Shown piece by piece: positions 12,931 through 24,300 of a DNA stretch of 64,000 nucleotides (within the stretch, counting starts at the first letter, position 1; every line of letters starts with the position of its first letter). The stretch lies in assembly GCA_965153455.1 (NCBI GenBank), contig OZ234493.1:30618213-30682212 (forward strand), written 5' to 3'. The notes under the pieces were generated by a model. It saw nothing but the letters and a program-made list of their open reading frames with translations, did not search any database and was not told the origin of the DNA. The position numbers were made by a program, and so were the translations under genes. Source of the DNA: Sphagnum compactum (taxonomy: Eukaryota).

Positions 12931-15021
12931 AAAAAATCGAAGATTTTTGAAATGATAAACACTAATTCATTTCTTTGTGAAATTGAGATGTGAACAACAT
13001 TGCAATGCAACTTGAATTGAATTTAAATATATTGAATGGAATTTGAATTGATTCCAATTCAACTAAATTCAATTTAACAATTAGATTCAGATTTAGTTAA
13101 AGTGACATCAAATTCAATTAAAAACAAATGGCATCCAAATTGGTGAAGAAGGTATTCAAAATCTTCTTGTAAATATGGTGTTGGAAGAAAAAAAAAACTT
13201 TCAAAAAACACAAATCCAATAAAACACCTTTCCATGCTCTTCACTTCAAAATGGGTTAAATAAATTCCAATTTATAATTGTCCAATCTATGATGACAACT
13301 TATAAAACCTAAAGTTGTTGGCCTAAAATGAGTTCAATGTATCATCATCATTGGAATTACATCATTATGATATGCATATGATTTGTATTCATGTTACTTT
13401 CAACTTTCAACCTTTAAAGAGACTTGTTCCCAAAGAGGGTATAGGCATATGCCAAAATCATTATATATCATATGTGCATTTATATAGGTAGTTTGCAATG
13501 CATGTGGTTTTGATGCATGGCAACTAACTATTGCATGTTATTTCTTTTGGAATTTTATCCATGTTTATTACATTGCCTTTTAAACAAAATTCTTATAATA
13601 TGCTTTTGAAATCTCTTTAGATTTTACTACTATTTTCCAAATTATAAGAATGCTTTCTTAAGGCTATTGATTGGTTCAAGAGGATTCTATTTTGTTAGTT
13701 ATTTGATGGAGGTTTGAAATTTCATGTGTCCATGTTTTGGCATTGCACAAGTAATTGTCTTTCTCAACTTCAAAATGTGTCATTGTGGTGTGAACAAACT
13801 TTTTACTCACATTTACTTGCTTACACTTGCGTAGTACTGTGCAGGGTAAATGATGAAATATTTGTCCCTACCCTTGCCATACGAACAAGGTAAATGGTAA
13901 ATGTTTGTCATTTACCTAGATTGATAAGCCTATATAATCCTTTTACCCTGTTTTGGATTTTTTCCAAAGCCACCACTATACACCTTTATCCAGCTGATAC
14001 ATTTTTCGAAAATTGGTATTTACCCGTACCCAACTGATATACCCACCCAACACAGAGATGTTCAACCCATCAAATCATATCTTCTAGCAAGGGAAATCCA
14101 TAGTTTCACACAGAATCTCACGTATAGTATGAAAAGGAAGATTAGAGAGAGAGAGAGAGATGGCTGTGGCCATCTCCATGTGGTCCCAAGTTGTCTGACA
14201 CTGGCTGTGGTTTTCCAGCCCTGTGATTTGCCAATTCAACTGATTTTCTTCATGCATTCAACTTTTCCCTTCAAATCAGATTCTTGTGACTGTCGTTCCC
14301 CCAGACCCACCGTTACGATCAAAGCATCAAAGTATACACCCTCAAGCTAATTGCCTATGTACTTGGAGACATTGAACTTTTCCTGACAATACTAGGCAGT
14401 GGTGTCCAGTGTCACCGTCCTCCCAGGTGATTTTGGAACCAGGCCGGAGGATGGAACGCAAGTTACCTCCTTTCTCCATCCTGGATTCATGTGTTTGGTA
14501 TGTTAGCACTTCATTTCAACACACTATTGACTTTCTTTGTTGCTTGCCGTTTGAAACACTACCTAATACAGTTCCCCGTTAATTTCTTCTATTAATATTC
14601 ACAGCCTACGGCTGATCTCATCTTACCCATATGATGTTGAGAGAAACGTCCTCTCTTGTTCATGTGGTGTGAAACGATTCTGCCTTGCAAATGGTCTCCT
14701 GAGTATAATATGCAAGATCACGTAGCTGCTGCCTCTCTAAATATGGTAGAAACAAATTAACTCAATAATTTTATATGAATTTATTTGTCAAATTATAAAA
14801 TTTCAGGTAATTTGAGATTTAAAAAAAATAATTATCTCACCAATTGCATTTCATTGATGGATACTTTAAGAAGAGGTGACAACCAAAAAAATACAGACAT
14901 CCACTCTGAGGATCGTATGTATGCAGTGTACTTTTACAATCTGATTTCACCTAGAGTCTTGTAAATTTGCTTATGTGCAAAAAGATCTTGAGTTTGCCTG
15001 TCAGTGCCTTTGAACCAGCAC

Positions 15022-15243
15022 CAGTGTTTTTTTTTGCACCGACAAGTAAAATCCAGAGCTAACAGCACAAAGGATTTTTTTGGGAAAAAAATGCCAAAGT
15101 TGCCATATTTTGAGGAAAAAACACCTCTGAAGTCGCCGTATTTAGACAATATATTCCTAGAGGTCATCAAAACGAATTTGGCTCATTTCTCTTGTGGATG
15201 ATTGCCCGTCCACCATTGGCAACATTGAAAAAGAAAAACAGTG
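15022..15243. mobile_element. hAT-type MITE with perfect 8-bp TSD
   Basis: TIRs CAGTGTTTTT / AAAAACAGTG. TSD ACCAGCAC at 15014-15021 and 15244-15251. Confidence 0.88.
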
Positions 15244-15336
15244 ACCAGCACCTACAGTGGTAAAGACCCTAAATCTTTTGAGTTACTTCTTTCATTAGTG
15301 AATATCTTGTCTTTAGAATAGATCAGGGTCTCTGAG

Positions 15337-15620
15337 CAGCCTTTTCTATTGGCAAGCCACTAGAAATTGAAACTTTTCATTGAAAAAGTAATTTTGAAGG
15401 TTTTCAGTCACCAAAAGTGATATATACATATATATATATATAAATAAAGGAAATCTCCAAATTTGTGTGTGTGGTTTTCATTGTGTAGCCAAACATATAG
15501 AAGGATAATTAAAGGAGATTTGTACTTTATTTTTCCTAGGGATGATCATCACTTTTTTAACATCTTCCAATGAATGATAGCCACTTAAGCTACAAACAGA
15601 AATTCCTAAAAAAGACACTG
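15337..15620. mobile_element. hAT-type MITE of the same family as 35861-36165
   Basis: Shares internal sequence (ATCTTCC..TG.A.GAT...CACTT.AGCTACAAA..AAATTCCT.AAAAAA.ACACTG) and the CACTG end with the 35861-36165 copy. Left end uncertain, no TSD. Confidence 0.6.
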
Positions 15621-18342
15621 TAAGCTCCGATTCCAAATTTAACATTTCCTGGGTGAAATACGGTCACTTAAAAAGGCAACACTGAAGAAGGTGAAGGTAC
15701 ACCTGCCCACATACCCTAATTAGTCTCTAGTCTCAAAATAACTAGCTGCAACCCTCTAAACAAGTGCAGCCTCCAAAAAAGTCTAAAAGGCGCCTACCAA
15801 CCCGGAAAAGGACCCAAAGCAGTGTTCACAAACATACCACGTCATGGGAAGTACCTACTGCGAAGTAACTCGTAGCTCACTGCTCTTGCAATATTGTCCA
15901 AAAGCACCGGTGCCCAGGCTGAACACACGTCAGCCATTTGCTGCACATTGTAGGGTCCCGTGGCAGCCTGATGATGCAACATGCGTACCTCTCGGGTCTC
16001 ATCCTCGCAGGACTGATTCACACCTGTAGAGCTTGGGGACAAGAGCCTCACCTCGGGAGATTTCAAAATAGAGGGAATTGTAGATCAAAGGATCTTGCAA
16101 CGCAAAACTTTGTTGAGAATTTTCATCATGTTAAACCACTTGTAAAAACCAGTGTTTTAAGTCAATTTTTATAAAGGTTTACATGTGATCAAAGAGGTTC
16201 AATGAAATTGCTTGAAAAAAAATCACATCCTGGAATATGTATATGACAAGAAAACATCCACCCACACCCCCTATTTTGGCCTCTATCAGTGTGCATCCTG
16301 ACCTATTTAGAAGTATATAACAACTTTTGAATGTGATTGAAAGCTTGAATAAAGTTAGGTATTTTTGTAAAAAACTGATACTTATGGCAAGCAAAATTTT
16401 ACATAAGGAGAATTTGGATCCAATTGCATTTAAATAAAAAATGAAAAATGATTGGTGTTATATTAAACTTGTTTAATAGGAGGTTAACAACAAATAGTGT
16501 CTAAACTTGAACAATTTACTTTTTATAAAAAAATGTGAAATGAATGACAAGTTACACAAGCACAAATGTGAAGAACAAACTTGAATTTAGGATTACTTAC
16601 ATGCACACAAATTATGGTGATATTGAAAAATTGACTATTATGCAGGCACTTGTGTAAATGTTAGTAAATAAGTGACTTGTAAATGACTAATATCATAATC
16701 AACTTTTTCCAAGATCTTATAACAATAAATAATTATTTTTTAATATACACAAATATAGATTTATTTTGATGTATACATTACATGCAAATGTTAACAATAA
16801 TGAATGGTAGTTTATTGAAAGAATTTTGATGTGATGTTTTTTGGAAATAATTCAAATTATATTCATTGATATATACATTTATGATCATTAAAAATTGGAT
16901 GATCATACAGTCCATGTAAATGTAGTGTTGTATATTATTTGGTTATGTTAAATCAACATCATATGATTGAAAAGGTTGAAGGAAACAATGTGAAATGGGT
17001 AAATTATGTCATTCCATATAAATACATAATGTTGAATGGTTAAAAACTTGAAAAAAATGAATAATATTAATTCATCAACTTTTAATTAAAAAATTTGGGT
17101 GCTAGTTTTAAATTAAAAGTTTGAAACATATGTTCAACTATCATAATACGTAGTTGTTCATGATATTTTATTTTATAGATATTATGATTATGTTTATGAA
17201 TGATATCATGTATAATTGTATTTAAAAAATTAAGTGTTCATAATTAAAAAATGATACATTGCAATCCAACTTTTGGTAGGGTTAAAATTTTATAACGTTT
17301 GGTTGAAAACATTGAAAGAAATAAAGTTCAACCATGTTAAAAAAAAAGATGCATTATTTTACAATTATAATGATTAGAAATGAATGACATATTACACATA
17401 AATATTCACTATAAATGATTGATTTTGTAATTAAGATGTTTAATAAAAACATTTAACCTTGATGCATGCATGTGTACAATTAAAAAATTTGCAAATATAT
17501 TCATTACAAATGAATAATAATCATGTAGATCTTATTTATGAATGACATACAATCAAATTTTATAATTTAAATTTGACAACATGTTGAACTGAAATGTTTT
17601 TAAAAAAATGAAATTATTTAACAATGTAATTTTGAACAATGAGATGTTTGAAAAATATAAATTTGGTCAAAATTGAAAATTTTTACATGAAAATGTCAAA
17701 TTATAGTTTGATTAATATCATAATAGAACCAATTTTTAATGATGATTTAACGAGATGGAATTAAAAACTGAATTTGAAAGACATGAACTGAGGTCCTATA
17801 ATTTATTTCGTGATTTTTTGTTTTCAAATTTTTAAAATTTAAATCTATTCAATAAAATATTTTGTATGCAAAAATAAATAAATTGTGTTTGAGTTAACTT
17901 TTAAAACATGTTTGGCAACATGTGGCTTGAAAGTTTCATGTTATGCATAAATCTAACAACATGCAGTTGAAACATTTTGAAAAAAACAAAATTATCATGT
18001 TTATTTTATAGTTGAACAATTTATGTGTTTTAACTAAATATATAGTTAAAATAAAAAATCTTGTACACATAAATTTTAATTGAAAATGATTTATATATTG
18101 TTTTGAAATCATACATAGATTGATAAAGGTTTACCAACATGTGATCAATAAATTTCATGTATTATTGGAAAGTTTGATAGCAAGTTATTAAACATTTGAA
18201 AAAAAGAAATACATCACAATATGATTGAATGATTTGTTATTTCAAAACATAATTGATATAAAGTACAAAAAAAGATTACATGAAAACATCATTACAAATA
18301 CAATGATTAACATTGACATTGTTGATCAAAATCACATATAGT

Positions 18343-19340
18343 GATAAAGGTTTAACAACATGTGATCGAAAAAGTTAGTTAAATGTATTGTGAAATAACA
18401 AAACTTGTTGATGAAAATCATGTATATTGATAAAAATTTAATAACACATGATAAAAAAAAAACCAAATGTATTGTGAAGTAATCAAACTTGCTAATCAAA
18501 ACCATGTATATTGACAAAGGTTTAACAACAAGTGATTGAAGAAGCTAGTCAAATATATTGTGAAGTAATGGAACTTGCTAATCAAAATCATGTATATTGA
18601 TAAAAGTTTAACCACATGCAATCAAAGGAAATAGTCAAATGCATTGTGAAGCAACGAAACTTGTTGATCACAATCATGTATATTGATAAAAGTTTAACAA
18701 CATGTGATCGAAAAAGATAGTCAAATGCATTATGAAGCAACTGAACTTGCTGATCAAAATCATGTATATTGATAAAAGTTTAACAACATGTGATCGAAAA
18801 AGACAGTGAAATGCATTGTGAAGCAACGAAACTTGTTGATCACAATAATGTATATTGATAAAAGTTTAACAACATGTGATCGAAAAAGATAGTGAAATGC
18901 ATTGTGAAGCAACAAAACTTGTTGATCACAATCATGTATATTGATAAAAGTTTAATAACATGTGATCGAAAAAGATAGTGAAATGCATTGTGAAGCAACG
19001 AAACTTGTTGATCACAATCATGTATATTGATAAAAGTTTAACAACATGTGATCGAAAAAGATAGTGAAATGCATTGTGAAGCAACGAAACTTGCTGATCA
19101 AAATCATGTATATTGATAAAAGTTTAACATCTGATCGAAAAAGATAGTGAAATGCATTGTGAAGCAACGAAACTTGCTGATCAAAATCATGTATATTGAT
19201 AAAAGTTTAACAACATCTGATCGAAAAAGATAATCAAATGCATTGTGAAGCAATTGAACTTGTTAATCAAAATCATGCATATTGATAAAAGTTTAACATG
19301 TGATCGAAACAAATAGTCAAATGCATTGTGAAGCAACTGA
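18343..19340. repeat. Tandem array of ~12 x 86-bp units
   Basis: Unit GATAAAAGTTTAACAACATGTGATCGAAAAAGATAGTGAAATGCATTGTGAAGCAACGAAACTTGTTGATCACAATCATGTATATT. Starts at 18343, 18429, 18513, 18599, 18685, 18771, 18857, 18943, 19029, 19115, 19198 and 19284 (partial). Confidence 0.95.
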
Positions 19341-20234
19341 TCTGATTGTGATTAAAACTTAGTAATATCAACGAATGTAATTCAAGATATAGTAAGTGCA
19401 CAAATATGTCAAAGCAACAATGTTTAATAAGCAACAAAGTTTCTGGCGCCTAGTCGACTAAGTTCATGTGAGGGAGGAGGGAGGGACTTATACGGCTCTT
19501 GTCCCGTCAAGCTTGTGGTCGGTGGACTTATGCTTGTGTTTATAAAATTGAATGAGCTAAAATTGAGGTTGTGTGGGTGCTCTTCGCTGGACCAATGGGC
19601 GCAAATCGTCAGATTCTCTGTCATCATCTTTGCCAACGAGTCCAGAAGGAAGTTGTTCACGTTCCACGAATAGTACAATGATCAGCGTCGTACAGTGTCT
19701 TTTACCAATTGGAGAACTCCAGGTACGTGGACACGTAGTCTTTGACAATGTCAGGTGTAGTACATAAGCGTTACCTCTTCACGGTTGGTTAGAACAATTA
19801 CAACTTCTGCTGCCTCAAGTTTGCAAATAGATAAAATCCAACCCGCCCCGCCCCCGCACCCCCCGTCCCCAGCTCATGTTCAAGTGGTGAGATTCGCTGC
19901 ATCACCGGCCAATGATAGGGGAGTCTTTCGCCAGCCGAATAGTACCCTCTTGTCGTATCTCATCTGATTTTCTAATGAGTTGCAGGATCGTAGAAGTACA
20001 CAATATATAATAATCTGTGTATCACATTTCTATGAATCCAGGAATAATGGTTTTGGGCTTGTGTAGGTGGACCTTGCCAGTGGTTGCTAGACTGCCATTA
20101 ATTATCGGCTCCAAATTTGTAGTTTTATAAAACCCCATGATATCTAGGCCGTGTTGAACTCTACTACAAGTTGCCTAACTTTGTTGATGCGAATCGACCA
20201 ATATCGGGATGTGCGAACCCTATGGATGCCTCTG

Positions 20235-20465
20235 TCTCTTCTGCCACCCGTCTTTCTACTCGTAGCCGAGGAATCTGATCTGTTGGGGCGAGCTGGCAGG
20301 TAGTTACGGGCAGGGGCCCGGGGGTTCGCGATGGCTCCCAATAATTGCGCTGTTCCACAGAAAGAACTCGGCAAACGACCTTAGTCTTGGCTCTTCTGCC
20401 CTATACATTAAGCCACATGTCTACAAAGGGTCGTTCTACCGTATCTCTTCTGCCCCTATAAAGAT
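20235..20465 (+). promoter_or_regulatory. Candidate Pol II core promoter of the + strand MIR536
   Basis: CTCTTCTGCC at ~20236, 20391 and 20445, the last two followed by (C)CTATA. TATAAA at 20457-20462, followed by a pyrimidine-rich initiator-like tract ~300 bp upstream of the hairpin. Confidence 0.55.
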
Positions 20466-20749
20466 CCCCTTCCAAACTTCTGGAGTCATCTCTCACAGTG
20501 GTTTTTCTAACTTGCGTCCGCTCCTTCCCTCTCAGCATTTAGCACTCTTCTGAGACCTGCAACAAGACACGCCCACGCCTCCATATTCATGATCCTTTCC
20601 ACATGAACTAGGGATGCGATAATAGCGGCTCTATGGATTTATTTGACTGTGAGATTCTGTGTCTCATCAGGGCTACTGCAGCGAGAGAGTCTGTTGTCAA
20701 GAGATCTCCAGTTGCAATGGAAGGCTAGCTCGACACCCACGAATGCGGC

Positions 20750-21313
20750 CCCCTCCGTCGCCGCGGCTTGGCACGATCCTCGCATGAGCCTTTAGTCTTG
20801 GCCGACCAGATCCCGCTCGACTTTACAGTGTGTTTTGTTTCAGTAGGCTACTCCACTAAATTCGTGTTCACTTCGCCGTTCATGTGGATTCTTGTCCAGA
20901 ACGTAAAATCTCTGTGATTTTTCTCTAGTTTGTAAGAATTGCAGTAGTACTACCGTTGGATTCTTGTTTCGCGTTATGTGGCTTGGGGCTTGTCTTCGAG
21001 GCTGAGAGTAGGATATAAATTCCGAATAACCTGCAGCGCACTCGATGAATCTCTAACTGCATGACAGGTTCCTGGTTAAATTATAGATGTCAGTGCTCAT
21101 GTATCTTGGTATGTTCTGTTTGACTGAACATTTTCTCGTTTCCTAGTTTTCTTGTCATCAGGAGTTTTGCGTTTGTCTTGAATATCTCCTACCAGTCGTT
21201 AAGCGTTGTGAATTTGTGTGAGATTAGTGGTCCTCGTTAATTATAGATTATCTGTCTCGATCTAAGGCTGTAAGGTCGTGGACGATTCGTGCCAAGCTGC
21301 GTGCAACCAAGGG
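20750..21313 (+). ncRNA. MIR536: MIR536 precursor; mature UUCGUGCCAAGCUGCGUGCAAC at 21286-21307, star arm ~20757-20778
   Basis: One mismatch to recalled moss miR536 (UUCGUGCCAAGCUGUGUGCAAC). CGCGGCTTGGCACGA (20762-20776) pairs with TCGTGCCAAGCTGCG, and the stem extends ~25 bp inward (CATGAGCCTTTAGTCTTGG with CTAAGGCTGTAAGGTCGTG). Confidence 0.9.
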
Positions 21314-24300
21314 ATTCCATTCTCTGCTCAACATATGGCGAAAAACGAGGGAGTCTGCAAAATGATCTCTAAGAATATCATATGTGGGCGACGACTGACA
21401 CTGTCTCAATAATCACGGCTAAATGGTCACATATGCATCCAATATCTTCAGGATGTTCTACTTGGTGCAAAGTATCATGTGTGTTCTCGTGATATTTGTA
21501 TTGTATGTGACCTATGCACTCTGATGTTAAGCTTTAGACCATCTGACCAGTTGCAGTACTGTTGCAGGTTGAGAAGATGATCTCAGCATTTGCGTTACGG
21601 TTGACATTTCCACGCTAATATTCTACGAACCAAATAAACGTTGCATTCAAGAGTAGATTTTTTTCTTTATGCATTTTATTGTGCTTTCACCTTATCATAA
21701 ATATACTAACATGAATTGGGTTTATTTCTATCAATTTTAAATCACATCATCTACTCTACACTGCATAATGTAATTCATAAATCTTGACTAATTTGAATTA
21801 CAGCCCCTCTAATATTTCCAGAGTGATTACTAAAACTGCTAGGATTAATCACCTGATTACACTAGTCATACTAAAAAAGGATATAGTATATGTATACTTA
21901 AGCTCTGCGCCTACTGCGCAATACCGGTGACGGTGAATTAGTCAATTAATGAAAAAAATGAATTGATTTTGTGAAAATTAATTTTCATTCGAGAATGAAA
22001 GTATTGAAAGTTTGACACAATATTGAAAATATTACCTTGAAAAATATAATACGATACTGCAGTCAGCTGCAGTAATTGTGTCAAACTTTCTTAGACATTT
22101 AGGAAATTCTCACGCTACCAGTAACAGACATATTTCCAGCATATATTGCTGATGATTTGAACAGTTTCGCTGTGTAAGGAATCAGACATCTTGTCTAAGC
22201 CGCATTCTACGTTGCAGTACTATACTAGGGAAACTGGATTGCCTATAAAATTAAAAAAACTCTGCAGTAACTGCCATCCATAGCTCTGCTCCGAAGTTCT
22301 GAACTTTGCCTCCAATCTCGAATCCAAACAGAAATCTGCAATCACTAAAATGAATTTATATGAAATGGTCAGCTTCCTTCATTAAGCTAATATTGTCAGT
22401 AACAAGGATATCGAATCTGCAGCTACTCGTGTAGAACCTTCAGCTTGTGGTAACGCTGAGCCAAGCTATCTATAATCTCAGGAATATGCCAGGAGTCAGA
22501 ATTGCATGTTCTGTCTCTGCTATTAGTGCCAGCAGCTGTTGAGACTTATCACCTGCAAATTGCCAAAAATTGCTTTGCAGTAGGTAACTGCATCATGAGA
22601 TCTGCTGCAGACACCTAACAATGAGCTAAGTCGATATATAGTTACTCAATCCAGAGAATATTAGGTCTAAATGTGCAGGTAGGGAAGCAGGCCATGTTCC
22701 CAACTCCCAGCAACCGAAATGCTGAACTTGACTGCAGAACGAGTTTGAGACCCATCTACTCGCCACTTCAAATGCAAGTTCAGTACTGCAATTTACTGTG
22801 TCTACTATCAATGGTGACTCTAGGCTGCCTCTTCGTAGGCATGGATTGCTGCTCCTGTCTCAATTGGACAGTGTCAAAGTACTCGGCAGTGCTGTCCATT
22901 GTCCAAGTCTTAGGTTTGAAGAGGATTGCGTGACCCAGTGACCCCAGTAGAGTTTTTTTTTTAATCCTGTAAAATATCCTCATGCTATTTTCAGTAAAGA
23001 AACCAGCTGCACTATTGCCAGTGCCTTCTAACTACTGTCATATTCATATTTGCCTATGACGTAATTGCAGTACAGAAACAGGTTTCCATAACAAAAATTT
23101 GACAAGGAAATCATTAATTGTATCAGTTCCAGCAAAACCAAAACAAATACAACAAGAATGTGCTTAGCCATAACCTGAATGTGAGCGTCACTCGTAGAGT
23201 ATCCGAAAACTATGTAATATTATGTACATTGTATACATATTTAAGTACTGGGCATGCCAACAACATTGCATGCTCTCAAGAGGCAACTTCTCCCAGGCCG
23301 GAACGTCAGCCCTAGTACACGGAGTGTATATATGTTCAGTTTGAACTAGGCATATTCTTTACAGATCATCAAACCAGTGGTCAGAGACCGCTCAGGGATT
23401 TCAAACCCTGCAAATGATTAATATTGTGACCAGGTTGCAGTCTCGAATGACGATGTGTAAGATTACACCTATCTTAAGAAAGGCTCTTTCTTAACTAGTC
23501 ATGATCAAGGGTTAGACACAGGGATGCATAGATCAGAGGGAGGGAGTAAAGAACCTCATAAGAACAAGCATATCACTTCATGATTAATTACATATTTTCA
23601 ATGCACTTACAACTCTCCAACGAAAAGGGACTATCCATGCAGCAAGAAACAAGGCCCTACTACGTCAATGGCTTTTCATTCTGGGTGCTACGATCACAGC
23701 ATAATATGTATAACTGTGATCAGAGCAGCCTAATGGAAAGAGACCCTAAAGAACCTGCATGAAAACAAGCGCATCATTTCCGTACATGGCCGGTTATTCC
23801 CTGAATAATATTGCAGGGTTCAGACCTGGAACTTCGATGTAGTAACTAATTAACCTGATAACCATGTAAGACCACGCGGAGGGGATCATTCAATGAAGTA
23901 TATAATATCCCAAAATCTTTCCGACGAACTTGCAGCTAATTGCAGCCTGGAACGATTACTTCTTCTCGGGTTCTTCTCCACGGGATTGCAGGGACTCTCT
24001 TACCATATATGTGGGGGTACAAAATGGGTGCGATCGCATAGCTGGGGCAAACTGTGCCTGCACGATGACGCCACAAGCTGCTGCAGAGTGTTAGACCACG
24101 CGGCGGCACCAGCTGGTTCTTCGTACCCTAGATCTGACGCTCGCTCACATGCAGATGACACCCAGCATGATGTCATCACTACAACGTCGCCTACGGTGCA
24201 GCAAACCTCGATCTGGCCGTCACACGAATTTACCTGCAACTTTTCTATTTAGAGGACAATTACAAATCAAGCGTATGATCCATAAGTGCAAGTACCGTGG

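Larger units (their letters stand above)
2470..14055. mobile_element. Possible large, nested, decayed DNA transposon with hAT-like ends
   Basis: CAGTGTTGTGTGTATA at 2470 and imperfect inverted counterpart TATACCCACCCAACACAG ending 14055. Subterminal GTGTAAA/TTTACAC and GGTAAA/TTTACC repeats at 2500-2700 and 13800-14030. No matching TSD seen. Confidence 0.35.

Noticed and set aside
14157-14485. Short hairpins (GAGATGGC/GCCATCTC; AGGATGGA/TCCATCCT)
   Set aside because: 8-bp stems are expected by chance and match no RNA family I recognise.
18343-19340. CRISPR-like array
   Set aside because: Units are contiguous with no unique spacers, no cas genes are present, and the context is eukaryotic.
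16150-20135. Single transposon spanning the AT-rich block and the 86-bp array
   Set aside because: CAGTGTTTT at 16150 has no convincing partner TIR, TSD or Helitron end.
22719-22785. Additional miRNA hairpin (TGCTGAACTTG...CAAGTTCAGTA) and a miR408-like CTGCCTCTTC at ~22824
   Set aside because: Only an 11-bp outer stem with large internal loops. The 10-nt match has no complementary arm.
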